Assembly: GCA_043767805.1 (NCBI GenBank)
Contig: JAYUGC010000186.1
Span: forward strand, 1 to 47,488
Direction of reading: 5' to 3'
From: Pseudomonadota bacterium
GTDB lineage: Bacteria > Bdellovibrionota > FAC87 > UBA2466
Length of the DNA: 47,488 nt
Shown: positions 10,312-19,899 of the stretch, in pieces
Position numbering within the stretch: position 1 is the stretch's first letter
Layout of the letters: each line of letters starts with the position of its first letter
Notes under the pieces: generated by a model
Told to the model about the DNA's origin: nothing
Seen by the model: only the letters and a program-made list of their open reading frames with translations
The model's database searches: none
Made by a program: the position numbers and the translations under genes

Positions 10312-12593
10312 TCGGATTCCCTTAGGGAGACGAAGCGGCTCGAGATCTTTTTCGGCCCACGGCTCACGAACTCGACGATGATTTTGTCCCCGTCGAGCTT
10401 ACGCTTTACGACTCCGGAGCCGAAAATGGGATGGGTGACCTTGGCGCCCAAACGGAAACGGCTCGCCCCCTCGTCTTCGTCGTGGACCTGCGCGAACTCG
10501 TCGGGCTCGGCGTAGACTTGAGAAAAAGCCTCTTCGTGCTCACCCACCTCGGAAGAAGCGGGCGCGCCCGGCCTCTCCAGAAAAGAACGACGGCGCGCGA
10601 AATAATCGGCCTTCCTCATCTCGAGATACTCCGGCGGAACCTCGTCGAGAAAACGGCTGCGGACGCGGAAATGACTGTTTCCGAAGACGGTGCGGTTCTT
10701 GGCGAAAAGTAAGTAGAGTTTCTTTCGGGCGCGGGTCATAGCGACGTAGAAAAGACGGCGCTCCTCTTCCACGTTCGAAGGCTGTTCCTCTTCCCACGGG
10801 CGGACGCTGGGGAAGAGCTCCTCTTCGAGCCCTACAATCAAGACGAGATCGAATTCCAGACCCTTCGCCATGTGAATGGTCATCATGCGCAAAGCCGGCG
10901 CATTGGGATCGAACGTATCGATGCCGGAAACGAGCGCAATCTCTTCGAGGAAAGTCTCAAGCGTGATTTTTTGATCGGGTTTTTCAGAGCCCGAGCGCAG
11001 CTCGAATTCGACGACGCTTTGACGAAGCTCCGCCAAGTTCTCCAGACGATCTTGCGCTTCAGCCGTATTCTCGTCGATGAGCGACTTGCGGTAGCCCGTC
11101 TCGTCCAAAACGAGCGAGACCAGATCGCTGGGCAAAAGCCCTTCCTTCTGATTGCGAAGCGATTCCATCGTATCGAAGAAGCGCTTCAAGCTCTTCTTCG
11201 CGCGCCCGAGCTCGATGGAGTTATCCCCCTTGGGGCCGAGCGCCTCGCGCAGGAGCGCAAAAAGACTGATGCCCCGCTGAGAGGCTTGTTGCGAGAGGCG
11301 GTTCACGGTCACTTCGCCCACTCCGCGCGCGGGAACGTTGATGACGCGTCTGAGGCTCACGTCGTCGTCCGGATTCACGAGGAGCCGCAGGTAGGCGAGC
11401 GTGTCCTTCACTTCGAGACGGGAGTAGAACTTGAGACCACCGTAAATCTGGTAGTTGATGCCCTTACTGCGGAAGAGATCTTCCAGCACGCGCGACTGGG
11501 CGTTGGTACGGTAGAAGACGGCCACCTGGCCAAGCTGCACTCCGGCGTCGAGCCGGGCGCCCACTTCGTTAGCAACCTTTTGCGCTTCATCGTGCTCGTC
11601 GTAGCACTCGAGGAGCGTAATCTTTTCGCCCTCGACGTTTTTCGTCCAGAGCTTCTTGTCCCGGCGCTCCGTATTGTTAGAGATGACGTGGCTTGCCGCT
11701 TCGATGATGTTGGCGGTCGATCGGTAATTCTCTTCGAGCTTGAAGATCTGCGCGTTCGGATAATCTTTTTCGAAGTTCAGGATGTTGGTGATGTCGGCGC
11801 CTCGCCAGCGGTAAATCGATTGGTCCTCGTCGCCGACGGCGCAAAGATTCGCTTTCTCACCCGCGAGTAGCTTCATGAGGAGATACTGACAACGGTTCGT
11901 GTCTTGGTACTCGTCGACCAAAATGTACGGAAACCGATTTTGGTAGGCGGCCAGCACCCGGGGGTGCTCTTGAAAGAGCCGCACGGTCGATAAAATCAAA
12001 TCCCCGAAATCGAGCGCGCTCGCCACCCGCAGCGATTCCGTATAGCGCTCCCAAACCCGCACGAAGGTCTCTTCGTAAAAGCCACCGAAGCCCGCCTCGT
12101 AGATGGCAAAATGAATGCCGTCGTTTTTGAGCTTATTGATCTTGCCCTGAATGGATTTGGGGGAAAACGCGTTGTCGCTGATGTTTAAATCCCGCAGACA
12201 CGCCTTAATTAGGCTCAGCTGATCGCTATCGTCATAAATCGTAAAAGGGTTACCGAAACCCAGGTGCTTGATGTCCGAGCGCAGGATGCGGACACAGGCC
12301 GAGTGGAAGGTGCTTACCCAGAGATCGCGCTCGCTACGGATGTAGCCGGGAGCCATGCGGGTCGTCAGATCGTGGACCCGGTGGCGCATTTCGGCGGCGG
12401 CTTTATTGGTGAAGGTGACCGAGAAAATCGCCGAAGGATCGACGCCGTGCTCAAAAATAAGGTGGGCAATCCGATGGGTCAGCACCCGGGTCTTACCCGA
12501 GCCGGCGCCGGCCAAGATAAGGATCGGCCCGTCCCCCGCCTGAACGGCTAGCCGCTGCTGTTCGTTCAGCCCTTCTAGAAGATTTACGCTCAC
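10308..12593 (-). CDS. pcrA: ATP-dependent DNA helicase PcrA/UvrD
   Basis: AGAGSGKT, TFTNKAA, VDEYQDTN, VGDEDQSIY, NYRST, TIHMAKGLEF, EEERRLFYVAMTRA; C-terminal Tudor-like domain (VTHPIFGSG). Confidence 0.96.
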   Translation of the reverse strand: MSVNLLEGLNEQQRLAVQAGDGPILILAGAGSGKTRVLTHRIAHLIFEHGVDPSAIFSVTFTNKAAAEMRHRVHDLTTRMAPGYIRSERDLWVSTFHSACVRILRSDIKHLGFGNPFTIYDDSDQLSLIKACLRDLNISDNAFSPKSIQGKINKLKNDGIHFAIYEAGFGGFYEETFVRVWERYTESLRVASALDFGDLILSTVRLFQEHPRVLAAYQNRFPYILVDEYQDTNRCQYLLMKLLAGEKANLCAVGDEDQSIYRWRGADITNILNFEKDYPNAQIFKLEENYRSTANIIEAASHVISNNTERRDKKLWTKNVEGEKITLLECYDEHDEAQKVANEVGARLDAGVQLGQVAVFYRTNAQSRVLEDLFRSKGINYQIYGGLKFYSRLEVKDTLAYLRLLVNPDDDVSLRRVINVPARGVGEVTVNRLSQQASQRGISLFALLREALGPKGDNSIELGRAKKSLKRFFDTMESLRNQKEGLLPSDLVSLVLDETGYRKSLIDENTAEAQDRLENLAELRQSVVEFELRSGSEKPDQKITLETFLEEIALVSGIDTFDPNAPALRMMTIHMAKGLEFDLVLIVGLEEELFPSVRPWEEEQPSNVEEERRLFYVAMTRARKKLYLLFAKNRTVFGNSHFRVRSRFLDEVPPEYLEMRKADYFARRRSFLERPGAPASSEVGEHEEAFSQVYAEPDEFAQVHDEDEGASRFRLGAKVTHPIFGSGVVKRKLDGDKIIVEFVSRGPKKISSRFVSLRESE

Positions 12594-12624
12594 GGGGGCA
12601 AGCTAACCGTTTTTTGCCAGGGTG

Positions 12625-12699
12625 AAAAGAAAAGGGGCGAGCCCGCCTAAACCGTTCTCGTTCAAGCGAAGCTTGAACGCTGCCGGCTGGACTCGCCCC
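12625..12699 (-). terminator. Long branched hairpin followed by a U-tract, downstream of the 12717-13130 gene
   Basis: GGGGCGAG 12634-41 / CTCGCCCC 12692-99 outer stem; CGTTCAAGC-GAA-GCTTGAACG inner stem; minus strand continues TTTTCTTTTC. Confidence 0.6.
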
Positions 12700-12716
12700 C
12701 AAACTTATAGGGTACT

Positions 12717-13130
12717 TTAGTTAGCCTTGTAACGAGAACAGGTGAGACGGCTGGTCTGCCGGCTCGCGCCCTGCGCCAAGATCAAGGTGCCGTACGCGTG
12801 CTCGCCTTCGGCGAGGACTTCGCGGCCTTCCTTGAACGCGATCTGCACGATCACCTTGGAGAGACCAGCGCGGCTGCCTTCCGCCGAGTATTGAACGACG
12901 TTCGACAGGTTGCGCTTGGAGATCTCAGCCCCTTTAGCGGTGAGCAAGGTTCCCGTGTTCTCATGGCTCACCACGAGGACGGCGGGAACGCGCGTTCCCG
13001 CCTCCGCGTGGGTATGGTTGTAGATCTTTACCCGGTAACCGTCCGGGCTTTCGCAGCGGAAACCGCTCGCGAAAACGGACGAGGAAAGACCAACGACGGA
13101 CGCTAATACCAATTTGATTACAGATTTCAT
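12717..13130 (-). CDS. Small secreted hypothetical protein with one probable disulfide
   Basis: Signal peptide ending VFA; Cys near both termini (FRCES...LTCSRY); GGAG upstream. Confidence 0.75.
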   Translation of the reverse strand: MKSVIKLVLASVVGLSSSVFASGFRCESPDGYRVKIYNHTHAEAGTRVPAVLVVSHENTGTLLTAKGAEISKRNLSNVVQYSAEGSRAGLSKVIVQIAFKEGREVLAEGEHAYGTLILAQGASRQTSRLTCSRYKAN

Positions 13131-13408
13131 CGCACTACTCCCGTAGCTACTTTTATCAGCCGGTAAATTCAGCGCCCAACGCGCTGGTAAACCCCAGCTA
13201 TCAACGGTGTTTAGGAGTTGTGCCTACTTGAGGTAGGCCAAGGAGCCGAAGAACGCGGTTGCCCGCGAAGAAGTACTCCTTGGTCCTGGTCCGAGGGCCA
13301 GTTCTTGATTTTGGATTGAAAATATTCGAGTGAAATCCACAACCCGACTGCAGAGCTACACTTTTGAAAAAAGGTCCGTCAAGGGCTTTGTTCTGGTACA
13401 ACTATTCG

Positions 13409-15532
13409 GTGCGACTTTCCCTCGTTTTGCTGCTCTTTTTTGCCCTTGGTCTCGGCCCGTACGCGCAAGCGGCCCGGCGCTACCGAGCGGCTCCGAGACG
13501 TCCGGCCGGCATCTCCACCGACGACACGTTACAGAAAATCCTGTTCAACGAAGACCGGCGCATGGCAAAAGCCGATGTTTTGGTGCGCTCGCTGTCTCAT
13601 CCCTCGGCCAAGGTCCGAAAAGCCGCGCTTCTCGCACTCGGCCGCATTGGGGACATTTCCGGCTTGGACGAAATGGCGCGCCTTCTCACTCGCAAGGACG
13701 TGAGCGACCGCGTGGACACGGCCTTCGCCTTGAGTCTCATTCCCGACGAAACCGCCGCGAAGATTTTGAGCCAGAACTTTCCCATGCATAAGGACCCGGA
13801 GACTCGCTCCGCCCTCTTGGAGGGTATCGGACGCACCGGCAATGAAAGCATCGTGCGCCTGATGGCGGAAACTCTGGGCACCGAGCCCAACTCCCGGCTT
13901 TTTCCCTCCATATATGAAGGCCTGGGACTGCTATGGAACCGAGACTCGGAAACCTGGGCGGTTCCCCCCGGCTTACTGAGCCATCTCCTTCGGGCGACTC
14001 AGAGTCACGGCAACGAGGCGACGCTTGCCGCTTTTGCCCTCTCCCGTTTCAAAAGCACGACGACGGCCCTCCCAGTGGAAGAGCTCATTACCGCCGCCAG
14101 TCTCGCGCCCAGCGAAGTTGCCCGCGCTTTCTTGGCCCGCGCCCTTACCAAAGTGCATAGCGCCACGGCCGTGGGCGTACTCGTCAAAGGCGCCGCCAAT
14201 CTTTCCTCGGTGCCCGTGCGCGTGGAATCGATAAAGGCTTTGGGCTCCCAAGAGCCGACTCCGGAGTCGTTGCAGGCCCTAAACACCGCGTTCGGCGATG
14301 CGTATCAGCACGTCGTATACGAGGCGCTCATCGCCTCGGGAAAGCTCGGCGTGAAAGCGGCGGCGCTCAGCGGAGCCATCGCCGGCCTGTGGACCAAGTC
14401 CCGTTCCACCTGGATCAAGGGAACCGCTTTGAATACGCTCGCGCACATCGACCCCGCGACGGCGCGCACGGAAGTTTTGAAAGCACTCGGTAGCCCGTCT
14501 TCGCCAAATTTCACGGACGCGATTTTGGCGCTGGGAGTCCTGGGGCAACCCTCCGACGTTCAGCTTCTGACGGGTTATTTGGGAAACACTTCGCTGCCGA
14601 TAGCCACCGCTGCCGGCGAGGCTTTGAGCTTCGTCGATGCCGCGACTCTTGCGGTCGAAGTTCAAGCCGCCCTCAAACTTTCCTTGGACCGGGCGGACGC
14701 GAATCTCACTACCGTAGTGGCACAGCTCGCGACTCAGAACCAGTGGCAGGATTTCGCGCCTTCGCTCGCCGCGACTTATCCGAAGCTCACCTCGGCGGAG
14801 CAGCTCGAAGCGAAGATCGCCGTGCTCGCCGCGCTGGGAAGCTTGGGCGATACGTCGTCGGCGCACTTGGTTCTCGCCGCCGTTAGCGATCGGGAAAAGC
14901 TGGTGGTGGAGGCCGCCGTAAAAAGCACGCGCCTTCTCATGGAAAAAGTGCTGACGGAGGGCTCGGGGGGCGTGCCGGAAAAAGAGAAAGCCAATATCGA
15001 GGCGGCGGCGAAAGCTTACAAGGGCCAGAAAGAAAAGTTCCTGGCCGATCGCATTCCGCTAAACAGCAAGGTGGAAGGAAGCGCTCCGCTTCTGTCCGCG
15101 GTGACCGGCGCCACGTCGGTGCGGGTGGTATTGAAAACCACGCGCGGCGAGATCCACCTGAAGATGCTCTCCGTCGCTCCTGTAACGGCTTATAATTTCG
15201 TCCATCTAGTGAAGACGGGCTTTTATCAGAACAAGATTTTCCACCGGGTAGTGCCGAACTTCGTGGTTCAAGGCGGCGATCCCCGGGGCGACGGCTTCGG
15301 CGGGCCGGGCTATCTCATTCGCGACGAAGTCTCTCGCCGCAAGCACGATCGCGGCACGGTCGGCATCGCCACCGCGGGTAAGGACACGGGCGGCTCGCAG
15401 TTCTTCTTCAACCTCGCTCCGAACTATCATCTAAACGGCCGCTACACCGTATTTGCCGAGGTAACCCAAGGCATGGCGGTCGCCGATCACCTCGAAGCGG
15501 GCGATAAAATTCTGTCCGCGCGGGTCTACTAG
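13409..15532 (+). CDS. Secreted HEAT-repeat protein with a C-terminal cyclophilin-type peptidyl-prolyl isomerase
   Basis: Signal peptide from GTG 13409; repeats such as VRKAALLALGRIG and VRVESIKALG; FHRVVPNFVVQGGDP, GTVGIATAGKDTGGSQFF. Confidence 0.9.
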   Translation: MRLSLVLLLFFALGLGPYAQAARRYRAAPRRPAGISTDDTLQKILFNEDRRMAKADVLVRSLSHPSAKVRKAALLALGRIGDISGLDEMARLLTRKDVSDRVDTAFALSLIPDETAAKILSQNFPMHKDPETRSALLEGIGRTGNESIVRLMAETLGTEPNSRLFPSIYEGLGLLWNRDSETWAVPPGLLSHLLRATQSHGNEATLAAFALSRFKSTTTALPVEELITAASLAPSEVARAFLARALTKVHSATAVGVLVKGAANLSSVPVRVESIKALGSQEPTPESLQALNTAFGDAYQHVVYEALIASGKLGVKAAALSGAIAGLWTKSRSTWIKGTALNTLAHIDPATARTEVLKALGSPSSPNFTDAILALGVLGQPSDVQLLTGYLGNTSLPIATAAGEALSFVDAATLAVEVQAALKLSLDRADANLTTVVAQLATQNQWQDFAPSLAATYPKLTSAEQLEAKIAVLAALGSLGDTSSAHLVLAAVSDREKLVVEAAVKSTRLLMEKVLTEGSGGVPEKEKANIEAAAKAYKGQKEKFLADRIPLNSKVEGSAPLLSAVTGATSVRVVLKTTRGEIHLKMLSVAPVTAYNFVHLVKTGFYQNKIFHRVVPNFVVQGGDPRGDGFGGPGYLIRDEVSRRKHDRGTVGIATAGKDTGGSQFFFNLAPNYHLNGRYTVFAEVTQGMAVADHLEAGDKILSARVY

Positions 15533-15534
15533 GC

Positions 15535-16677
15535 CTAGATGTAGTTACCGCTCTTGATCTTCTCGAGGATGATCTTCTCGGGCATCGTCGGATCCCGAGG
15601 ATCGACGGTGAAGAACGCTTGCTGCTCGCAACGTCGTTTGTTGGTGAGCAGCCACGTCAGAATCTTGGAGAGCCGGGCATTCTTCTTATCCTTGAAGAAA
15701 GGGTCGTTCTTCAGCGCGTCCGCGGCTTTTTTAAGCGCGCGGGCTTCCTGAATGTCGTTCTCTCTCACGGGATAATCGTTCAAGTCGTACTTCTTGATGT
15801 CTTCCGGCAGCACGCCCAGAAAATGCACGTCGGGAGCGCTGAAGTCGGAGTTACGAATCAAGCTCGCCGCCGAGCCCGCCTTTAACGTGCGGTAGATGTT
15901 CTGCATCGTATAGGCGTCCAGATCTCCGAAGAAGAAGATCGGCACCTTGAGCTCGTGCTGAATCAAATGCACCCAGCCGCGTACGGCGTTACTCGGCACG
16001 CCCTGGGCGCCGAGAAGAATCGCGTTGTTGCGTTTGCAAAAGCCGTTCGCGACGAAAGTGTTCGCCGTGCCTTCCGACTCCACCACCAGGCAGAAATCGA
16101 TTTTCTTTTTGGCCTTGAGCTTCAAGCTCTGAGGGCGGTTCTTCGGCTGAAACGGGGTCGTTCCCATATTGCCGAGCTCAACTACCGCCTTCGTTCCGTC
16201 GGGAAGGGTTTCCGTGACGACGAGATTGTTGCAGTAGGTCTGTCCGCCGCGATCGTTGGCAAAACAGTTCAAGTCTTCGCGGTAGCACTCCAGCATTTCG
16301 CAGATGAAATCGATGACCGAATCGCTTTCGGTCTGATCGGCAAAATCCAAAGCTTTGAGCTCGGGGTTATGCTTAATTTCACCTTTTGAGATGTAGTAAA
16401 TTTCGCGCTTGGTGTTCACCGCGCCGGTATCGAGGTTTCTCAGAAAAATCTCGAGGAGAAAAATCGCGCGCGACATCTTCTGCACGGAAGAGACGTTCAG
16501 CTCGGAACGCACCATCTTGTCGCCGGGAGTGAGATACCCGACCTTCTGCGAGTAGCGCGCATTGTCGAGGGAGCACTTGATGGCTTCCAGCACCGGGCGC
16601 CGCGCGTTCTCCAGATCGCTCAGCATCTTCAGACAGGTGTCTTTCGAGACCTTGATTACGTCTGTATCGCCTCTCAT
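15535..16677 (-). CDS. top6A: DNA topoisomerase VI subunit A (Spo11-like)
   Basis: TKREIYY (catalytic Tyr), Q-x-ESD, TOPRIM VVESEG, GxQGVP, GDLDAY (DxD), C-terminal EQQA; 4-nt overlap with top6B. Confidence 0.9.
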   Translation of the reverse strand: MRGDTDVIKVSKDTCLKMLSDLENARRPVLEAIKCSLDNARYSQKVGYLTPGDKMVRSELNVSSVQKMSRAIFLLEIFLRNLDTGAVNTKREIYYISKGEIKHNPELKALDFADQTESDSVIDFICEMLECYREDLNCFANDRGGQTYCNNLVVTETLPDGTKAVVELGNMGTTPFQPKNRPQSLKLKAKKKIDFCLVVESEGTANTFVANGFCKRNNAILLGAQGVPSNAVRGWVHLIQHELKVPIFFFGDLDAYTMQNIYRTLKAGSAASLIRNSDFSAPDVHFLGVLPEDIKKYDLNDYPVRENDIQEARALKKAADALKNDPFFKDKKNARLSKILTWLLTNKRRCEQQAFFTVDPRDPTMPEKIILEKIKSGNYI

Positions 16678-18476
16678 TTATGGGCCTCCGGTTGGCGTTT
16701 CGCGGTTTTTTTGGTGGCTGCCTTGGCCTTCTTAGGCTTCGTGGCGGCCGCGGGCTCGGCGCCTTCGATCACGTCTTCGATGGAGTCGCCTTCGGCGGCG
16801 GCCGCGGCTCCTCCCTCGTCATCCCCGCCTACCATATGCACTTTGCCGGCTGCTTTGGCCTTTTCGAACTCTTGCACGGACTCGTGGAGCTCTTGCTTGG
16901 CCTGGTTGATCTCACGGCCCAGAAGTTTCACAAGGCCTTCGGTCGCCTTCTTCTTGCGAGCGTCCGAGGAATTGGTAATGCGGCAAAGGGTTTCGACCAG
17001 GATCGGGCAGAACTGCTCGATGTGCTGAAGTTTCTTCTCGAGATCGGCTTCGCGCGATTCCTTGCGGATATGGCGGGAAAGGCGCTGGCCGGCCTGAATG
17101 AGAGCGCGCCGGAACTCTTCGACGAGCTCGTCACTCGCGTCGATGGTTTCCTTGGACGCGTTTTTAAATTTAATAAACGGTGAAACGATGGATACGGCGA
17201 CGACATAAGGGCCGATCGGCAACCCGCCTTTGGGTTGGTTCAAGCCGTAGGTGCGCCACTGTACGGAGGTGATCGACTTCACGATCGCGCACGCCGCTTT
17301 ATCGAACTGTAACGGCACCCGGTTCGCGAAACGAAGCACCGTGACCGGTCCCTCTTCTCCGTCGGCTAGCCGCTCGCCGCCGCTCTTTAAGCGCGCGATG
17401 GCGATCTCTACCGCCACCGGCTTGAAATCGCAGATGCACGGCTTACGCGTGACCACCGAGAAGAAATCCACTTCACCGAGGCGACGAATACTTTTCGAAA
17501 GCGGTTCTTCGCCAATGGTCATGACCGACTTGGTGCTCGGCGCCATGAGCGTCGTCTTCTGGATGGCCGCGAATACGTCTTTGAAATTGGCCTCGGTCAG
17601 CTTGTTGCATGGCTGCTCCAGCCATTTCTTCTGAAGACCGCTTTTGACGAACTCGCCGATGATGTTGTCGGTGACCCGGGAAAAGCCCGTCTTTAAAAAA
17701 GCACGCAGGGTGGAGCGGCCGAAAATGTGAGAGTGGGCGATGAACTCGCCGAGCTTCATGGTGTGCGGATGCGGCTCGGTTGCCGGCGGAATCTCCGGGA
17801 CCACACTCGAAACTCGCGGCACGTTGACCCAATCGGACTCCGGCACCTTGTACTTCAAGGATAGGTGCGGGTTCACGAGGGTGTTACCCAAAAGATACGT
17901 GAGAATACCGCCTTCGCCGTTCAGTTGAATGCGGCCATCGACGAGAAATTCCACGGAAACGCCGTGAGACTTATCCCACTTCACTGCTTCCTTCGTCTTG
18001 ATGACACCCTTATTGTTACGGATGTCGACTTCCACCGTCACTCGCCAAGCTTGGCGCATGGCTTTCGTCTTAGTGGTGACGATAACGCCCTTGGCGCTCG
18101 TCAGCTGCGCCCAGGTCGTGGCAGCCGAGATACCGATTCCTTGCTGGCCGCGCGAACAACGGCCACGGCCGAACTTCGAAGACGCGAGGTACTCGCCGAA
18201 AACTTTGGGCACGTCTTCGAGATCGAGACCCGGGCCGTTATCCTCGACGAAGACCCGAACGAGATCGGTGTTCTTCATCGTACCCGGACCCTTGCGCTCG
18301 ATCTCGACGGTGATTTCGGGAAGAATCTCGTGGTCCTCACAGGCATCCAAAGCATTGTCCACGGCCTCTTTGAGGGTGGTGAGAACGGCTTTGGTGGGGG
18401 AGGAAAATCCGACTTGCTGTAAGTTCTTGGAAAAGTATTCGGCGGTGCTGCTTGAAGTGATCTTCTGTTTCGCCAC
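16674..18476 (-). CDS. top6B: DNA topoisomerase VI subunit B (GHKL ATPase)
   Basis: AEYFSKNLQQVGF, KEAVDNALDACE, VEDNGPG, SRGQQGIGIS, PHPH, RFANRVPL, FKNASKETI transducer. Confidence 0.93.
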   Translation of the reverse strand: MAKQKITSSSTAEYFSKNLQQVGFSSPTKAVLTTLKEAVDNALDACEDHEILPEITVEIERKGPGTMKNTDLVRVFVEDNGPGLDLEDVPKVFGEYLASSKFGRGRCSRGQQGIGISAATTWAQLTSAKGVIVTTKTKAMRQAWRVTVEVDIRNNKGVIKTKEAVKWDKSHGVSVEFLVDGRIQLNGEGGILTYLLGNTLVNPHLSLKYKVPESDWVNVPRVSSVVPEIPPATEPHPHTMKLGEFIAHSHIFGRSTLRAFLKTGFSRVTDNIIGEFVKSGLQKKWLEQPCNKLTEANFKDVFAAIQKTTLMAPSTKSVMTIGEEPLSKSIRRLGEVDFFSVVTRKPCICDFKPVAVEIAIARLKSGGERLADGEEGPVTVLRFANRVPLQFDKAACAIVKSITSVQWRTYGLNQPKGGLPIGPYVVAVSIVSPFIKFKNASKETIDASDELVEEFRRALIQAGQRLSRHIRKESREADLEKKLQHIEQFCPILVETLCRITNSSDARKKKATEGLVKLLGREINQAKQELHESVQEFEKAKAAGKVHMVGGDDEGGAAAAAEGDSIEDVIEGAEPAAATKPKKAKAATKKTAKRQPEAHK

Positions 18477-18896
18477 GATGTCTCTGCTTTCCTCGAAAGT
18501 GAGTTAAGTTACCTTAATATACCGGCTTGTCATCCTCTCGGGACAGACCCGATCATCGCCGAACCCATCTAGTATACACAGGCGGCACACTCAGATAATC
18601 GACGCCTTGCGGCGACAACTCCGAAAAATGCCGTTCTATCGACGATATTTTCTAAGTTATCGTCGACAAAATTGCTCGCACCTCGAAAGAGGAAGCTCCT
18701 AATTGTGAAGGAACCCACACAATGGGCACTCCTAAGTCCAGGCTCGCCCTGTATACCGCCAGTACACGTGACCAAAGACCCACCAAAAGAGATAAATATA
18801 TGATATTATAAGTATTTCATAGACTGGTGTGGCCCCCGTATTCGGGCTGTATAGGGGGGTGGGACCTAGCTTCCAGGCTTCGTGCGGGGAGCGCCG

Positions 18897-18912
18897 TGGC
18901 ACCCCGCTTGCA
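18897..18912 (+). promoter_or_regulatory. Sigma54 (-24/-12) promoter for the beta-barrel gene pair
   Basis: TGGCAC-CCCGC-TTGCA with exact GG-N10-GC spacing, about 84 nt upstream of ATG 18996. Confidence 0.75.
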
Positions 18913-18995
18913 ATTTAACCCTTCTGAATACGCCCCAGTCCCACTCACCTTAGTTACCGCACCACAAGATTCACACTTAGAACCGAGGTCGTTTG

Positions 18996-19880
18996 ATGAA
19001 GCACTCGCTTTGGAAAACTCTTCTTCTCGCTTCCGTACTCACCTCAGTGGGCGCGCTGGCCGAATCTTCCCATAAGCTTTTGCGGCCCAAGAAAATCGGA
19101 CGCCGCGTGGCGAGCTTGGAAACCAATAGCGACGCGAGCTATAGCGAAACGGAAGAAAAATCCCCCAAAGCCTCTCGCTCTTTTTATCTCCGCTTGGGTC
19201 TCACGGCCGGCATGGGAACTTCTTCGGGATCCGAAGTCGCCACCGCCTCCGAGTCCGGCGAGGTTTCCGACTCAGGAATTTCCTTCGGCTTGAGTGCGGA
19301 ATTGACGGCTTATCGCTACTTCGGCGCCGAGCTCGAGGCGACCTCGGGCCTCAAGGCGAATCAGGCGACGACGGTGGGCGCTGAAAATCCTTTCACCCAG
19401 ACGCGTAGCCGCACGGTTTCTTCCGCCATGGCGAACTTGAAAGCCCAAGTGCCCTTCCAAATGGGCGGGGTGAAAGTCATCCCGAAAGCCGGTCTCGGTT
19501 TCGGTCTCACTCAGCTGAACGAAGCCGTGAGTTTGGATACGTCTTCGACCCAGACCCAAGCGCGGCTCAATGTCCCTTACGTCATCGGCGGACTCGAAAT
19601 CGTTCCGGCTCGCCGCTGGGTGCTTTTCGTGGATTTCGCGAAATCGATCGGTGGCTCGGGCGTCATCGCCTTCAGCAACTCCGAAAGCGAAGAAGGCTTG
19701 AAGAACGTGGGCCTCACTCGGTTGCGGGCTTCGGTCGCGTATCGATTGAGCCCGGCCTGGAGCGTGGGAGGACAGTTCATCCGCCGCTCGCTTGGTTTCT
19801 CCCAGCCGCTCGGCGACGGAGACGTGAGCTCGGTCATCCTTCAAAACCAGTTTCTCGGCTTAGTGCAGCTTGATCTCTAA
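18996..19880 (+). CDS. Outer-membrane beta-barrel protein (OmpA/OmpW-like barrel), paralog 1
   Basis: Signal peptide; alternating amphipathic strands (YFGAELEA, VIPKAGLGFG, YVIGGLEI, WSVGGQF); GAGG RBS. Confidence 0.75.
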   Translation: MKHSLWKTLLLASVLTSVGALAESSHKLLRPKKIGRRVASLETNSDASYSETEEKSPKASRSFYLRLGLTAGMGTSSGSEVATASESGEVSDSGISFGLSAELTAYRYFGAELEATSGLKANQATTVGAENPFTQTRSRTVSSAMANLKAQVPFQMGGVKVIPKAGLGFGLTQLNEAVSLDTSSTQTQARLNVPYVIGGLEIVPARRWVLFVDFAKSIGGSGVIAFSNSESEEGLKNVGLTRLRASVAYRLSPAWSVGGQFIRRSLGFSQPLGDGDVSSVILQNQFLGLVQLDL

Positions 19881-19899
19881 CGCTGAAAGGATTTGCTTC

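Noticed and set aside
15535..18476. Defence system (Wadjet JetD or other GHKL/TOPRIM module)
   Set aside because: Motifs match Top6A/Top6B over their full length, and no SMC/MukBEF-like genes are adjacent
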